Assembly (NCBI GenBank): GCA_963849325.1
Contig: CAWKHF010000003.1
Span: forward strand, 96,001 to 160,000
Direction of reading: 5' to 3'
Length of the DNA stretch: 64,000 nucleotides
Source of the DNA: an uncultured Planctomycetota bacterium
GTDB taxonomy: Bacteria; Planctomycetota; Planctomycetia; Gemmatales; Gemmataceae
Below, in pieces: positions 55,198 through 64,000 of the stretch. Under the pieces are notes generated by a model, which was given only the letters and a program-made list of their open reading frames with translations, was not told the origin of the DNA and made no database searches. How positions within the stretch are numbered: the first letter of the stretch is position 1; the number at the start of each line of letters is the position of its first letter. The translations under genes were made by a program, and so were the position numbers.

Positions 55198-55842
55198 ATG
55201 TGGATGGATTCCATCGTTCTATCCTCCGCTGGATTCACCGTTGGCCCCTTCGAGGTTCCCGCCTTCCGGCTACGGGCGGGGGAATGTGTCTGTCTGCATC
55301 TGTCGGAGGCGATGGACTCTCCTGCCGTGGACCAATTGATTGGTATCCTCAGCGGTAAACGAGCCGTGTCGGAAGTTCGCTGTAGCGGTCGATCGCGATG
55401 GGCGGCCCCCGTGCGAAAGGTCCGCCACGGTCTTTTCGGCCTGTTCCGTCCGATGCGCGTCGCCGATTGGCTCGCGCGAACGGCAGGTGCGACGCCCCCT
55501 CAAACGCAGGCCATTCTTCACCGCCTGTCGGCACAAGGCCGCAACGATCGTCTCGACCGATTGGCCGGCACGTCGAGGATGTTGTTGAGCGTGGAAGCTG
55601 CCTGGCTGATAGGAACGCAGGTCATCGTCTGGACAACCGCTGGACTGGATCCGCCAGGACGAGAAGCTGTGTACCAGGCGGTTTCTTCCCATTTCCCCCG
55701 CTGGAGTGCCATTCATCTCTCGTTCTCGTTCCATCAGAACGGGCAGCGGTTGCGCGAATGTTTCGCGGGGACCAGGTGTCTCGAAGTGGGGCCAGCCTCG
55801 GCGTCTTCCCCTGTGGAAGCCGCTCACCCGAATACGAAGTGA
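55198..55842 (+). CDS. Degenerate ABC-ATPase-fold protein
   Basis: FRLRAGECVCL, LAGTSRMLLSVEAAW, TAGLDPPG; no intact Walker A or B. Confidence 0.55.
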   Translation: MWMDSIVLSSAGFTVGPFEVPAFRLRAGECVCLHLSEAMDSPAVDQLIGILSGKRAVSEVRCSGRSRWAAPVRKVRHGLFGLFRPMRVADWLARTAGATPPQTQAILHRLSAQGRNDRLDRLAGTSRMLLSVEAAWLIGTQVIVWTTAGLDPPGREAVYQAVSSHFPRWSAIHLSFSFHQNGQRLRECFAGTRCLEVGPASASSPVEAAHPNTK

Positions 55843-55845
55843 ACC

Positions 55846-56598
55846 ATGCGTAACGACGGCCGACAACCCGACGAGCTGCGGCCATTGAGTTTTCGCCGTC
55901 GCTACACGCGCCAGGCGCCCGGCAGCGTGCTCGTCCGAATGGGTCGCACGACGGTACTCTGCACGTGCTGCGTCGAGCCAGCCGTGCCGCCGTTCCTGAC
56001 CGGCAGCGGCAAGGGCTGGCTGACCGCCGAGTACGGCATGTTGCCCGGCAGCACGAACACGCGCAAGCCGCGCGACCGCGGCGGCAAGATCGATGGCCGT
56101 AGCGTCGAGATCCAGCGCCTCATCGGCCGCGCCCTTCGCGCCGTGGTCAACCTGGAAGTCCTGGGCGAACGCACTCTCTGGATCGACTGCGACGTCCTGG
56201 AAGCCGACGGTGGCACGCGCACTGCCTCCATCAACGGCGCCTACATCGCTCTCCTCGACGCGCTCGCCGTCACGCGCAAAAGCAAACCAATCCCTCTCCT
56301 TCCCCCGCTTCCCCCCGTCGTCGAGATCGTCCGCGGCAGCGTCGCCGCCGTCAGCGTCGGACTCCTCGACGGCCGGCAACTGCTCGATCTGGACTACAGC
56401 GAGGACAAGGACGCCGACGTGGATTTGAACCTCGTCATGACCGGCGGCGGCGACTTCATCGAGGTCCAGGCCGGCGGCGAGGAAGCGACTTTCAGCCGTC
56501 CGCAACTCGATCGACTGCTCGACCTGGGCAAGCGCGGCCTCGACGCCATCACGCACGCTCAGCGTGCGGCGCTCGGCGCCAATTGGCCTCTGGACTGA
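55846..56598 (+). CDS. rph: Ribonuclease PH
   Basis: GWLTAEYGMLP, EIQRLIGR, CDVLEADGGTRTASINGA, LDLDYSED. Confidence 0.97.
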   Translation: MRNDGRQPDELRPLSFRRRYTRQAPGSVLVRMGRTTVLCTCCVEPAVPPFLTGSGKGWLTAEYGMLPGSTNTRKPRDRGGKIDGRSVEIQRLIGRALRAVVNLEVLGERTLWIDCDVLEADGGTRTASINGAYIALLDALAVTRKSKPIPLLPPLPPVVEIVRGSVAAVSVGLLDGRQLLDLDYSEDKDADVDLNLVMTGGGDFIEVQAGGEEATFSRPQLDRLLDLGKRGLDAITHAQRAALGANWPLD

Positions 56599-56631
56599 AT
56601 CTCCTCGATTTGTTAAGGACGAGCGGACCAA

Positions 56632-56692
56632 ACCGAGCCGCGACCGTCAGGGAGCGGGCGAAAGCACCGCTCCCTGACGGTCGCGGCTCGGT
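56632..56692. repeat. REP-doublet palindrome
   Basis: accgagccgcgaccgtcagggagcgg / ccgctccctgacggtcgcggctcggt. Confidence 0.9.
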
Positions 56693-56712
56693 CGAGAAGG
56701 AGGAGCAGGCAC

Positions 56713-57789
56713 ATGAGAAGGTTGACATTGTTGGCGGCTTTCGGGCTGGCCCTGAGCATGGGGGCGGGGCCGGGACAGGCGGACCCGCCCGAGATGACGA
56801 ACCCGACGACTCCGGTCCCGCCCGCTCCGGGTCTGGGCAACCTGGTGCCGTCGTCCAGCCAGCCGGACATCAACGCGGCCTTGGCCGTCACGCCCGAATC
56901 GGGGGCGTGGATGATCTGCGCCGCCAGCTACCTGGGGCCGGACGCGCCGGAATTGGCCAACAAACTCTGTACCTATCTCCGCGAGCGTCGTTATGCGGCC
57001 TACATCTACAACCGGGGAAACGAGGAACGCAAAAAGTGGCAAGAGGAGCTGGACCGCTGGCAGCGGGAGCACCCCGGCTCCGTGCGGCGGTGGAAGCTGG
57101 CGCACCTGGAGGAAGAACAGTTGGCCGTCCTCATCGGCGGTTTCCGCGACGTGGACGCCGCCAACGCGGAGCTGAAGAAGGTCCGCAAGATGGAGCTTCC
57201 GATGCTGAAACTCCAATCGGGGAAACCCGCCTTCGATACGTTTGACGCTTACGAGCAAACGCCGGGCAAGACGGGCTATGAGTTGAAACGATACCCGGTC
57301 AACCCCTTCCACACCGCCTTTGTCACCCGCAATCCGACCATCTCGCAGCAACGGCGCACCGCCAACAAGGTCGATCCGCTGTGGAAGAAGCTCAATTCCG
57401 AAGAGCCGCGCAGCGTCTTCAAATGCCCCAAGCCGTGGACGTTGGCCGTGCAGGAATACGCCGGCGCCCAGGTGATTCAGCCGGCGACTGCTCCGAGCGG
57501 CTTCCTGGAAAAACTCGGCTTCAGCGAGCACAACCTCGGCAAACGTCTGGACGCCTCGGCCTTGCAGGCCCAGCAAGTGTGCGACCTGCTGACGAAGCTC
57601 GGTTACAAAAGCTACGTCCTGCACACGCGCAACAGCAGCGTCGTCACCGTCGGCGAATTCAACACCTCGAATGATCCGGAATTACTGCGCATCCAGCAGC
57701 AGCTCGCCAAGTTCTCCTTCAAGGACAAGGCCGGTCATGAAGTGGTCAAGCTGTTCGCCCGCCCTCTGCCGATGGAAGTACCCCGGTGA
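56713..57789 (+). CDS. Secreted protein with two SPOR-like units
   Basis: Signal peptide; A..LC.YLR...YAAY...VLIGGF and A..VCDLL...GYKSYVLH...VTVGEF. Confidence 0.65.
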   Translation: MRRLTLLAAFGLALSMGAGPGQADPPEMTNPTTPVPPAPGLGNLVPSSSQPDINAALAVTPESGAWMICAASYLGPDAPELANKLCTYLRERRYAAYIYNRGNEERKKWQEELDRWQREHPGSVRRWKLAHLEEEQLAVLIGGFRDVDAANAELKKVRKMELPMLKLQSGKPAFDTFDAYEQTPGKTGYELKRYPVNPFHTAFVTRNPTISQQRRTANKVDPLWKKLNSEEPRSVFKCPKPWTLAVQEYAGAQVIQPATAPSGFLEKLGFSEHNLGKRLDASALQAQQVCDLLTKLGYKSYVLHTRNSSVVTVGEFNTSNDPELLRIQQQLAKFSFKDKAGHEVVKLFARPLPMEVPR

Positions 57790-57800
57790 CTCTCTGCGCG

Positions 57801-57895
57801 GAAACTCGACCTCCTCGATTAGCCGCGACGCGCAGCGGAGCGCGACAGAATCGCGCTCCGTTGCGCGTCGCGGCTAATCGAGGAGGTCGAGTTTC
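57801..57895. repeat. 95-bp near-perfect hairpin (REP core with extended arms)
   Basis: 45-bp arms gaaactcgacctcctcgattagccgcgacgcgcagcggagcgcga with one mismatch, 5-nt loop. Confidence 0.92.
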
Positions 57896-58076
57896 GGATT
57901 TCGGGTTTCTCGCGTAGCGGGGCACACAGTTCGTTGTCCTCGTCGCCGTGGCAGCCGTGACAGAAAAGGAGATGGCCGGCCAACAGCAGAAACCCCAGCC
58001 AGCCTCCCCAGCGCGTGAGGCGAGCTTTGTGGCGAGCGAGGGAGGGCGACGGGTTCGGCGAGGTAGCGATCGTCAT
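57819..58076 (-). CDS. Small hypothetical protein; C-terminus runs into the hairpin
   Basis: ATGA overlap with upstream hydrolase; TM plus HLLFCHGCHGDEDNEL. Confidence 0.5.
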   Translation of the reverse strand: MTIATSPNPSPSLARHKARLTRWGGWLGFLLLAGHLLFCHGCHGDEDNELCAPLREKPEIRNSTSSISRDAQRSAILSRSAARRG

Positions 58077-58972
58077 TTTTTCAGCGTCTCATCGAAAAAG
58101 TCGAGCATCGCGGCGATGTTCTGGAGTAGTTTGTCGCCGCGCCAACCGTGGCCTTCTCCGGCGACCGGCAGCACCCGCGCGGCGACTCCCGCCTTCTTCA
58201 GTTTATCGGCCAGATCCTGCGATTGCTGGAACGGTACGGTACGGTCCTCCGTGCCATGCACGAACAGGATCGGGGCGGCGTGCTTGCCGGCGTAGGTTAT
58301 CGGCGACGCTTTCTTGTACGCCTCCGGCTTTTCCTGCGGCGTGCCCCCCAGCAGCGGAACGAGGTGGTCCGCCAACACTTCCTTGCCCCACACCGGCTGC
58401 GTCAAATCGGTCGGCCCGAAGAAACTGACGACCGCCTGCACGGCGCTGGACTGATCGGCGTTGCCGCCGTGGCCCTCCAGTCCGTCGTCCGGGCGCGTGA
58501 CGCCGAGCAGACAGGCCAGATGAGCGCCAGCCGAGAAACCAACGACGCCGATCCGCCGAGGATCGACGCGATAGCGGACGGCGTTGGCCCGCAGCCAGCG
58601 AACGGCCGCCTTGCAGTCCTCGATCGGGGCCGGAAAGCGATCCTTGGGAGCGAGGCGATAATCGGGACTGACGGCGACGTATCCTCGGCCGGCAAGGGTG
58701 AGGATGGTCTGCCTCATCTGCTGGCGATCGCCGCCGACCCAGCCGCCAGCGTGGATGCACAGCACGGCGGGAAAAGACCCTTCCCCCGCGAGGGGCATGG
58801 CCAGGTCCAGCTTCAATTTCGTGGTCCCGCCCTTGCCGAAGACCACGTCGCTTTCCAGCCGGACCTCCGGCCGGTGTTCCTGCCCGTCCGCCGAGAGCGG
58901 CACGGTCCCGCCCATCAGGACGGCGGCCAGAGAAGCGAAACGCAGCATACGCGAACCTGGACGCATCGGCAC
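58073..58972 (-). CDS. Alpha/beta hydrolase (esterase/lipase)
   Basis: IHAGGW, DYRLAP, GFSAGAHL, HGTEDRTVP, GEGHG. Confidence 0.92.
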   Translation of the reverse strand: MPMRPGSRMLRFASLAAVLMGGTVPLSADGQEHRPEVRLESDVVFGKGGTTKLKLDLAMPLAGEGSFPAVLCIHAGGWVGGDRQQMRQTILTLAGRGYVAVSPDYRLAPKDRFPAPIEDCKAAVRWLRANAVRYRVDPRRIGVVGFSAGAHLACLLGVTRPDDGLEGHGGNADQSSAVQAVVSFFGPTDLTQPVWGKEVLADHLVPLLGGTPQEKPEAYKKASPITYAGKHAAPILFVHGTEDRTVPFQQSQDLADKLKKAGVAARVLPVAGEGHGWRGDKLLQNIAAMLDFFDETLKK

Positions 58973-59097
58973 TCCTCCTTGAGCGAGGGGCGGGCTTCCA
59001 TTGGCCCGTCGGCGACAAGATGGTAATATCGCCTTGACGCCGGCGAATTACAATAGAGGAGGAAGCGCGTACGCCCTTTCACCACGAGCGGACCATC

Positions 59098-61299
59098 ATG
59101 AAGCGAACGCAATCTCCGGCCGTGGCCCTCGCCGAGCGTCTGTGTCGGCCGCAGCGCATCGGCGTCTTCGGGCATCGCGGCGTAGGGAAGACCACTTTGT
59201 TGACGATGCTCTACCGCGAGGCCGTCGGCGGACGATTGCCCGAGCTGCGCCTGGCCGCCGCCGACGCTCGCACCGCGGACTATCTGTCCGACAAGGTACT
59301 ACAGCTCGAAGCCGGGAAGCCGCTGCCGGCCACGCTGGGCGAGACCGAGCTGCGCTTCCACCTGTACTGTCGCGGTACTCGCCTCGATCTGCTCTTCAAG
59401 GATTATCAGGGCGAGCACGTCGCGCTGGGCCGTCAGGAGCCGATCCGCGACTTCCTCCGCGACTGCGACGTTGTTTGGCTCTGCCTCGACGTTCCCGTGG
59501 CGGATGCCTCCGCCGCCTGCCTGCAAGCGCAGCAGGAAGTCGAGCAGATGGTCGAGGACTACCTGGTCGCGGAGGCATCGGACGCCCCGCCGCGTCCGAT
59601 GGCGCTGGTGCTCACCAAGGCGGACCTGCTTCCGGGCGGGCTGGCGGACGATTCCGCCACAAACGAGGTCGTGCAGGATCTTGTGGACCGTCACTTCCGC
59701 ATGACCCGGCACACGCTGGAGCTGCACTGTCCAGGACACGCCCATTTCGCCGTCAGCAGCCTGGGTGGCTCGATGCCGGTGGGGGCAGAATCAGCGGGAT
59801 CGTTCACACCGCGTCCGGTGGGCTTGGCCGCCCCGCTGACCTGGCTGGCCGATTCCCTGCGCGCACAGGATGAGGCGCGACTGAACCAACTCTGGAACCT
59901 GGCCGGCCGCGACGTGCGTCTCCTCGAACGCTGCGTGGCGGCGTTCGCCCGTCGCTATCCCGGCACTCCCGCCGCTGCGACCTTCCAGCGCCGTCTGCGC
60001 GCCTTGCGACGACAGCGCCTGCGGCGACGGACTTTCGCCGCTGCTCTGACGGCGGCCTGTCTGTTGCTGTCGGCGTGGACCTACGATGCCTGGGGCGAAC
60101 AGCGCGCCGCCCGCTTCGCCGCCGACAACGCCGACGATCCCGTGGCCGTGCGGTACCATTGGCTCTCCTATCAATCCTGGCACCCCACGCGCCATCTCCT
60201 CCGTCCAGCCGCCGCGCGGGCAGAACAGCAGCGCTTGCGGGAGCTGGACGAACGCATCCACGCCAGGCAGTACGAGGAGAGCCTGACGGAACTCCGCCGT
60301 CGCGCCGCCGACCCCGACGCCGATGTGGAGGCGGTGTGGCAGCAGTTGCAGACCTTCCACCGCGACTTCCCGGAGCACAACGTTGACAGCGAATGGCAGC
60401 AGTTCCGCGCCACCCTCAAGGAGCGCCGCGATGCCGAGCGCGAGCGCCGCGCCGAATTGGCGTTCGCCGAGTTGGAGCGAACCGGAGAACAAAGCGATCT
60501 CTCCGCCCGCATCGATCGGGCTGACCACTTCCTCCATGACTTCGCTGGGACCGCCCACGAGTCGGAGGTACGCCGTCGCCGCGCCGCCTGCCTGTTGCGC
60601 CTCGATGAACGCGACGTGGAATCGGCGCGCGCTTACTCGGCCGGCCAACCGCTCAACTTCCAGACGCGGCGCCAGCGCTATCAGCGTTACCTCGAACGTC
60701 ATCCCGATGGTGCGTTCGTCAAGGAAGCGAACGAGGCGCTGAAGAACATCGACGCCGATTGGGACCGGCACGACTTTCGGGCCGTGCGCGATCATTTCCA
60801 GGCACATCCCGGCGACGTGAAGGAACTTCAGGTGCTATGCCGCAGTTATCTCGCCGTCCATCCGCACGGCCGCTTCCGCGACGCCGCCCACGATCTGCTG
60901 CGCTGGACCGAGCGCGTTACCCAACCGGGCGAATATCGCGTCGTCCTCAAAGGCGGCAGCTTCGATCGCAAGGTCGCCCATTTCTTCAGCCGCGGGCCGT
61001 CGCTGTCGGTGGAAATCGAGGTCAACGGCGTCCGCTATGGGCCGAGCAACATCGTGGCGCGCAATTATCAACCGGAGTGGAACTACGAATTCCCGCGCCG
61101 TGTGCGCTGGAAGCTCGGCGATCGCGTGCGCATCCTCGTCACCGACAATTACTACTGGGACCGCCGCGTGGCCGATCTTTCCTCCGACGACAACGACCCG
61201 CTGGCGATACGCATGCTCGGCGGCGAGGTGAATACGGGCAAGAACAGCCTAATGTTCGAGTCGGACTTCATCATGCCGGCGATGCCGAAGATTGAGTAA
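59098..61299 (+). CDS. TRAFAC GTPase - TM - helical region - C2-like domain protein
   Basis: G1 GHRGVGKT, G2 PAT, G3 DYQG, G4 TKAD, G5 SSLG; TM FAAALTAACLLLSAW; C-terminal NYQPEWNYEF...VRILVTD. Confidence 0.85.
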   Translation: MKRTQSPAVALAERLCRPQRIGVFGHRGVGKTTLLTMLYREAVGGRLPELRLAAADARTADYLSDKVLQLEAGKPLPATLGETELRFHLYCRGTRLDLLFKDYQGEHVALGRQEPIRDFLRDCDVVWLCLDVPVADASAACLQAQQEVEQMVEDYLVAEASDAPPRPMALVLTKADLLPGGLADDSATNEVVQDLVDRHFRMTRHTLELHCPGHAHFAVSSLGGSMPVGAESAGSFTPRPVGLAAPLTWLADSLRAQDEARLNQLWNLAGRDVRLLERCVAAFARRYPGTPAAATFQRRLRALRRQRLRRRTFAAALTAACLLLSAWTYDAWGEQRAARFAADNADDPVAVRYHWLSYQSWHPTRHLLRPAAARAEQQRLRELDERIHARQYEESLTELRRRAADPDADVEAVWQQLQTFHRDFPEHNVDSEWQQFRATLKERRDAERERRAELAFAELERTGEQSDLSARIDRADHFLHDFAGTAHESEVRRRRAACLLRLDERDVESARAYSAGQPLNFQTRRQRYQRYLERHPDGAFVKEANEALKNIDADWDRHDFRAVRDHFQAHPGDVKELQVLCRSYLAVHPHGRFRDAAHDLLRWTERVTQPGEYRVVLKGGSFDRKVAHFFSRGPSLSVEIEVNGVRYGPSNIVARNYQPEWNYEFPRRVRWKLGDRVRILVTDNYYWDRRVADLSSDDNDPLAIRMLGGEVNTGKNSLMFESDFIMPAMPKIE

Positions 61300-61352
61300 T
61301 GTCCTGAGCCGAAGGCGTTGGAGGTCGTCTCTGGAAGATAGGAGAACCGGCT

Positions 61353-61712
61353 ATGCCCTTAACGATACAGCCCGAACCCGTTTCTCTCCGCATGGACGAA
61401 TGCGGGGTCATCCGCGTGGGAGACTCCCAGGTCGTACTCGACATCGTGATCCGCGCTTTTAATAACGGTGCCGACCCGGAGAGCATTGTCCACGGCTATC
61501 CCACGCTGAACCTCGCTGACGTGTACGCCGCGATCGCCTACTATCTCCGGCACCGGAAAGAAGTGGACGAGTACCTTCAGGCACGCCGAGAGGAGGCGGA
61601 GCAGCTGCGGGAGGTGATCGAGGCGAAGCAGCCGGATCGGCCCGAGTTGCGAGCGAAGTTGCTGGCCCGGAAGGCGCAGATGGAACGAGAACATGCTTCC
61701 TCTGGCAACTGA
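61353..61712 (+). CDS. DUF433 antitoxin-like protein
   Basis: IRVGDSQV.LDIV..F..GADPESIVHGYPTLNLADVYAAIAYY. Confidence 0.9.
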   Translation: MPLTIQPEPVSLRMDECGVIRVGDSQVVLDIVIRAFNNGADPESIVHGYPTLNLADVYAAIAYYLRHRKEVDEYLQARREEAEQLREVIEAKQPDRPELRAKLLARKAQMEREHASSGN

Positions 61713-62043
61713 TGAGGACGTGCATGATAACATCATCCGAGGGCTGCGCCGCCGTGAGCCGGCCCTGGATATTGTCCGAGTTGTGGACGTTGGCCTGGGT
61801 CATACGCCTGACCCGCTCATTCTGGAATGGGCGGCTGGAGAGGGGCGGATACTCGTCACCGGGGATCTAAACTCGATGGTCGGGTTCGCATGGGGCCGGG
61901 TGCAAGCGGGGCTGCTCATGCCAGGGGTGCTGGCCTTGAAGGAAAACATTGGTATCGGCAGAGTGATTGACGACATCCTCCTCGTGGCGCAATGCTACAC
62001 ACCAGAAGAGATGAAAGACGATGTCTTGTACATCCCCTTATGA
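61693..62043 (+). CDS. DUF5615 PIN-like toxin
   Basis: LATDED, PDPLILEWAAGEGRILVTGD. Confidence 0.85.
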   Translation: MLPLATDEDVHDNIIRGLRRREPALDIVRVVDVGLGHTPDPLILEWAAGEGRILVTGDLNSMVGFAWGRVQAGLLMPGVLALKENIGIGRVIDDILLVAQCYTPEEMKDDVLYIPL

Positions 62044-62109
62044 CTCGGATGGACGGGAGGTAATCCCGAGTCAACTGCCGGGTCAAGCGTGTTAAGGGGA
62101 AAGAGGGAA

Positions 62110-62157
62110 GAAGGTGCCAGGAACCTTTAAGATCGTAAAAGTTTCCTGAATCCCTTC
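62110..62157. repeat. Degenerate palindrome between convergent genes
   Basis: gaaggtgccaggaacctttt-like arm / aaaagtttcctgaatcccttc. Confidence 0.5.
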
Positions 62158-62158
62158 C

Positions 62159-62976
62159 TCACCCGAGCCGTGCTCCGCAATCTCGGCAGTGCCACTCCGT
62201 TTCGGTCATCAGCAAGCCAACCCAGAACAACGGGAAGAAAAAGACCAGCAGCAGGGCGAAGGTGATCCAGCCGGCTTGCGAGATTTGCGTCCGCGCGTAG
62301 GGCGACTCGGTGCTCCCGCAACGATCGCATTCGACGGGGCGGGGTCGTTTCTTCGGCTTGCGGCCGTGTGCGTGATGATGATGGTCGCGGTAGCAGCCGG
62401 CCGAGCAAAAGAGCGATCCACAATCGGGACAGGTCTGGACGCGCGGACGCCGGGTGATGTCTGCGCCGCACTCCAGGCAGCTTTCTCGCCGGGCCACGGG
62501 CGCCGCCTCCACAACCGGCGGCGTCTCTTCCACCAGTTCGACTTTGAGCGTGGGGACAGGGGCGCTGCCGGCAGGGATGGTTGCGGCGTTCGGCCCACCG
62601 TCGCAGCTGGATCCTCCGTGGCCAGGATCGTTTTGTTGAGGGCCGGGGCTGGGAGAGGCGTGGACGACTGAGGAATTTGCAGGCGTTGATTGCAATCGGG
62701 GCAATTCAATTTCTGACCGGCGAAACTGGCCGGTGATTCCAGCGACTTCTTGCAGCGCGGACAGCTGTAGCGAATCATTGCCTCCGGCTGGGCCAGGATG
62801 GTCCGATTGACAGCGGCGGGAGCGTTGGCCGCGGAGCGCGCCAGCAAAGGCGAGGCAGCCGCTGGCTTGATGGGGAAGACCGAGAAACAGGCGGAGCAGC
62901 GCATGTCGGGTCCAGAGGCGGATTCCGGCGTCTGGCATTGCTGTCCGCACATCGGGCAAGTGATGTTGGCGACCAT
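62159..62976 (-). CDS. Multi-Zn-ribbon protein with C-terminal LITAF-like domain (frameshift ~62600)
   Basis: CPMC/CSAC, CPRC/CPDC, CLEC..CPDC...FCSAGC, CDRC-hydrophobic stretch-HCRDC. Confidence 0.75.
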
Positions 62977-63003
62977 GAATGGGTTCCTATCGGGGCAAGG
63001 CGA

Positions 63004-63659
63004 TTAACGATGGTGCTGGGGATGAGCGTGATAGCAATGATCGCGGTAGCAGCGGGCCGAGCAGAAGAGCGACCCACAATCGGGGCAGGTCTGAACGCGC
63101 GGCCGCTGAGTGACCTCGACGCCGCACTCCAGGCAATACTCCCGTCGCACGGGAGCGGCCGGCGCAGGAAACGATGCCGGGAGCGCCGTAAGGATCGGCT
63201 CTTCCTCGGCCGGCGGACGAGGAGCGGTGCGCACGGGCGAGACAGGGACGGCGGCGCGGGCGCCTCCTCCTTGGCGAGAATGGTTTGGTTGTCCGACGGC
63301 GAAGGCGTGGAGGAAGCCTGCGGAATTTGCAGCCGCTGGCCGCAGTCAGGGCAGTTGATCTTGTGGCCGGCCTGGTCCGCTGGTGATTCCAGAGGTTTCT
63401 GGCAGCGAGCGCAGCGATAATGGATGCGTGGTGCCGGCTGAATCGAAGCGGGACGGGCTTGCGGCCTCTCCTGGACGGTGGATGTCTTTTCCGACGCCAA
63501 CGGTCGGGCTGTCAACGAGGGCGGCGATACGGACCCGCATTGAAACGCCTGAGTACACGCGGGGCACACCACCTGCTGTCCTAACGAGCGTTCCGGTACG
63601 CGGAAGCGGTGTCCGCATGCCGGACAGGCGATGTTCATGAACATGGATAAGCTCTCCAC
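63004..63659 (-). CDS. Paralogous multi-Zn-ribbon protein without LITAF (frameshift ~63240)
   Basis: CPAC/CPAC, CARC/CPDC, CLEC..CPDCGSLFCSARCYRDH. Confidence 0.75.
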
Positions 63660-63830
63660 AAGCCGAAAGGAACGAGCAGGAGTCGGACGTTATACTACCT
63701 TGGAAGCGGGGTCGAAGACAGCAAAAATCCATTCGATTCCTCACCGAGAGGAGCGATCCCCGCTGGACATCAATAGCGACGCGGCAGATCTGTCTTGGCG
63801 CTATCGGTGGAGGAGAGGTTAAATCCTTTC

Positions 63831-64000
63831 ATGATCGAACAGGCGATTTACGGAGGGCAGGATACGGGCGGTTATCGCTTCCTGGCTCGCTCTCCTGGCT
63901 TCCGCGACGATTGGCTGGCGGAGGCGGAGCGCGTGTGTACCGGCTTCGGCGAGCGGCCGGCCGGTGTCGCCTGTCCGGCCTGCGTCTTCGCGCGGCCGTT
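63831..64000 (+). CDS. GAP1-N-like (GTPase-associated protein) gene start, runs off window end
   Basis: Manual translation MIEQAIYGGQDTGGYRFLARSPGFRDDWLAEAERVCTGFGERP. Confidence 0.6.
   Translation, partial: MIEQAIYGGQDTGGYRFLARSPGFRDDWLAEAERVCTGFGERPAGVACPACVFARP

Overview
GC-rich bacterial chromosome segment. The gene content points to Planctomycetota, probably Gemmataceae-like (inference): DUF1559, DUF1501, DUF1080, a PVC-type heme-binding protein, ECF/zf-HC2 and Zn-ribbon membrane proteins. The backbone carries argG, a deoxyhypusine synthase-like gene, bioB/bioF, mcsA-mcsA-mcsB, lpdA, an rmlA-like gene, GH63-rpe-pgl and rph. Many of these have single-base frameshifts, which most likely reflect uncorrected long-read errors. 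Notable structure: (1) A collapsed island at ~46.5-54.7 kb made of IS5, IS66 and internally deleted IS21 elements, plus fused fragments of phage and defence genes (FokI-like nuclease, HNH-AP2, capsid-cement-like, head-tail connector::YkgJ chimera, RecD-like, PD-(D/E)XK). (2) A GTPase-TM-C2 gene and a GAP1-N-like gene resembling a GTPase-centred ternary conflict system, with a TA pair and two Zn-ribbon/LITAF paralogues between them. (3) An orphan ParB-like gene paired with a degenerate ABC-fold gene in front of rph. (4) A dense set of small palindromic elements: REP doublets (one inserted in frame in a gene), 7-mer and 9-mer tandem-repeat hairpins, and an 89-bp TIR-bounded MITE whose terminal motif also precedes a different palindrome family. 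No tRNA, rRNA or CRISPR array was seen. All family assignments come from motif recognition by eye, not from database searches.
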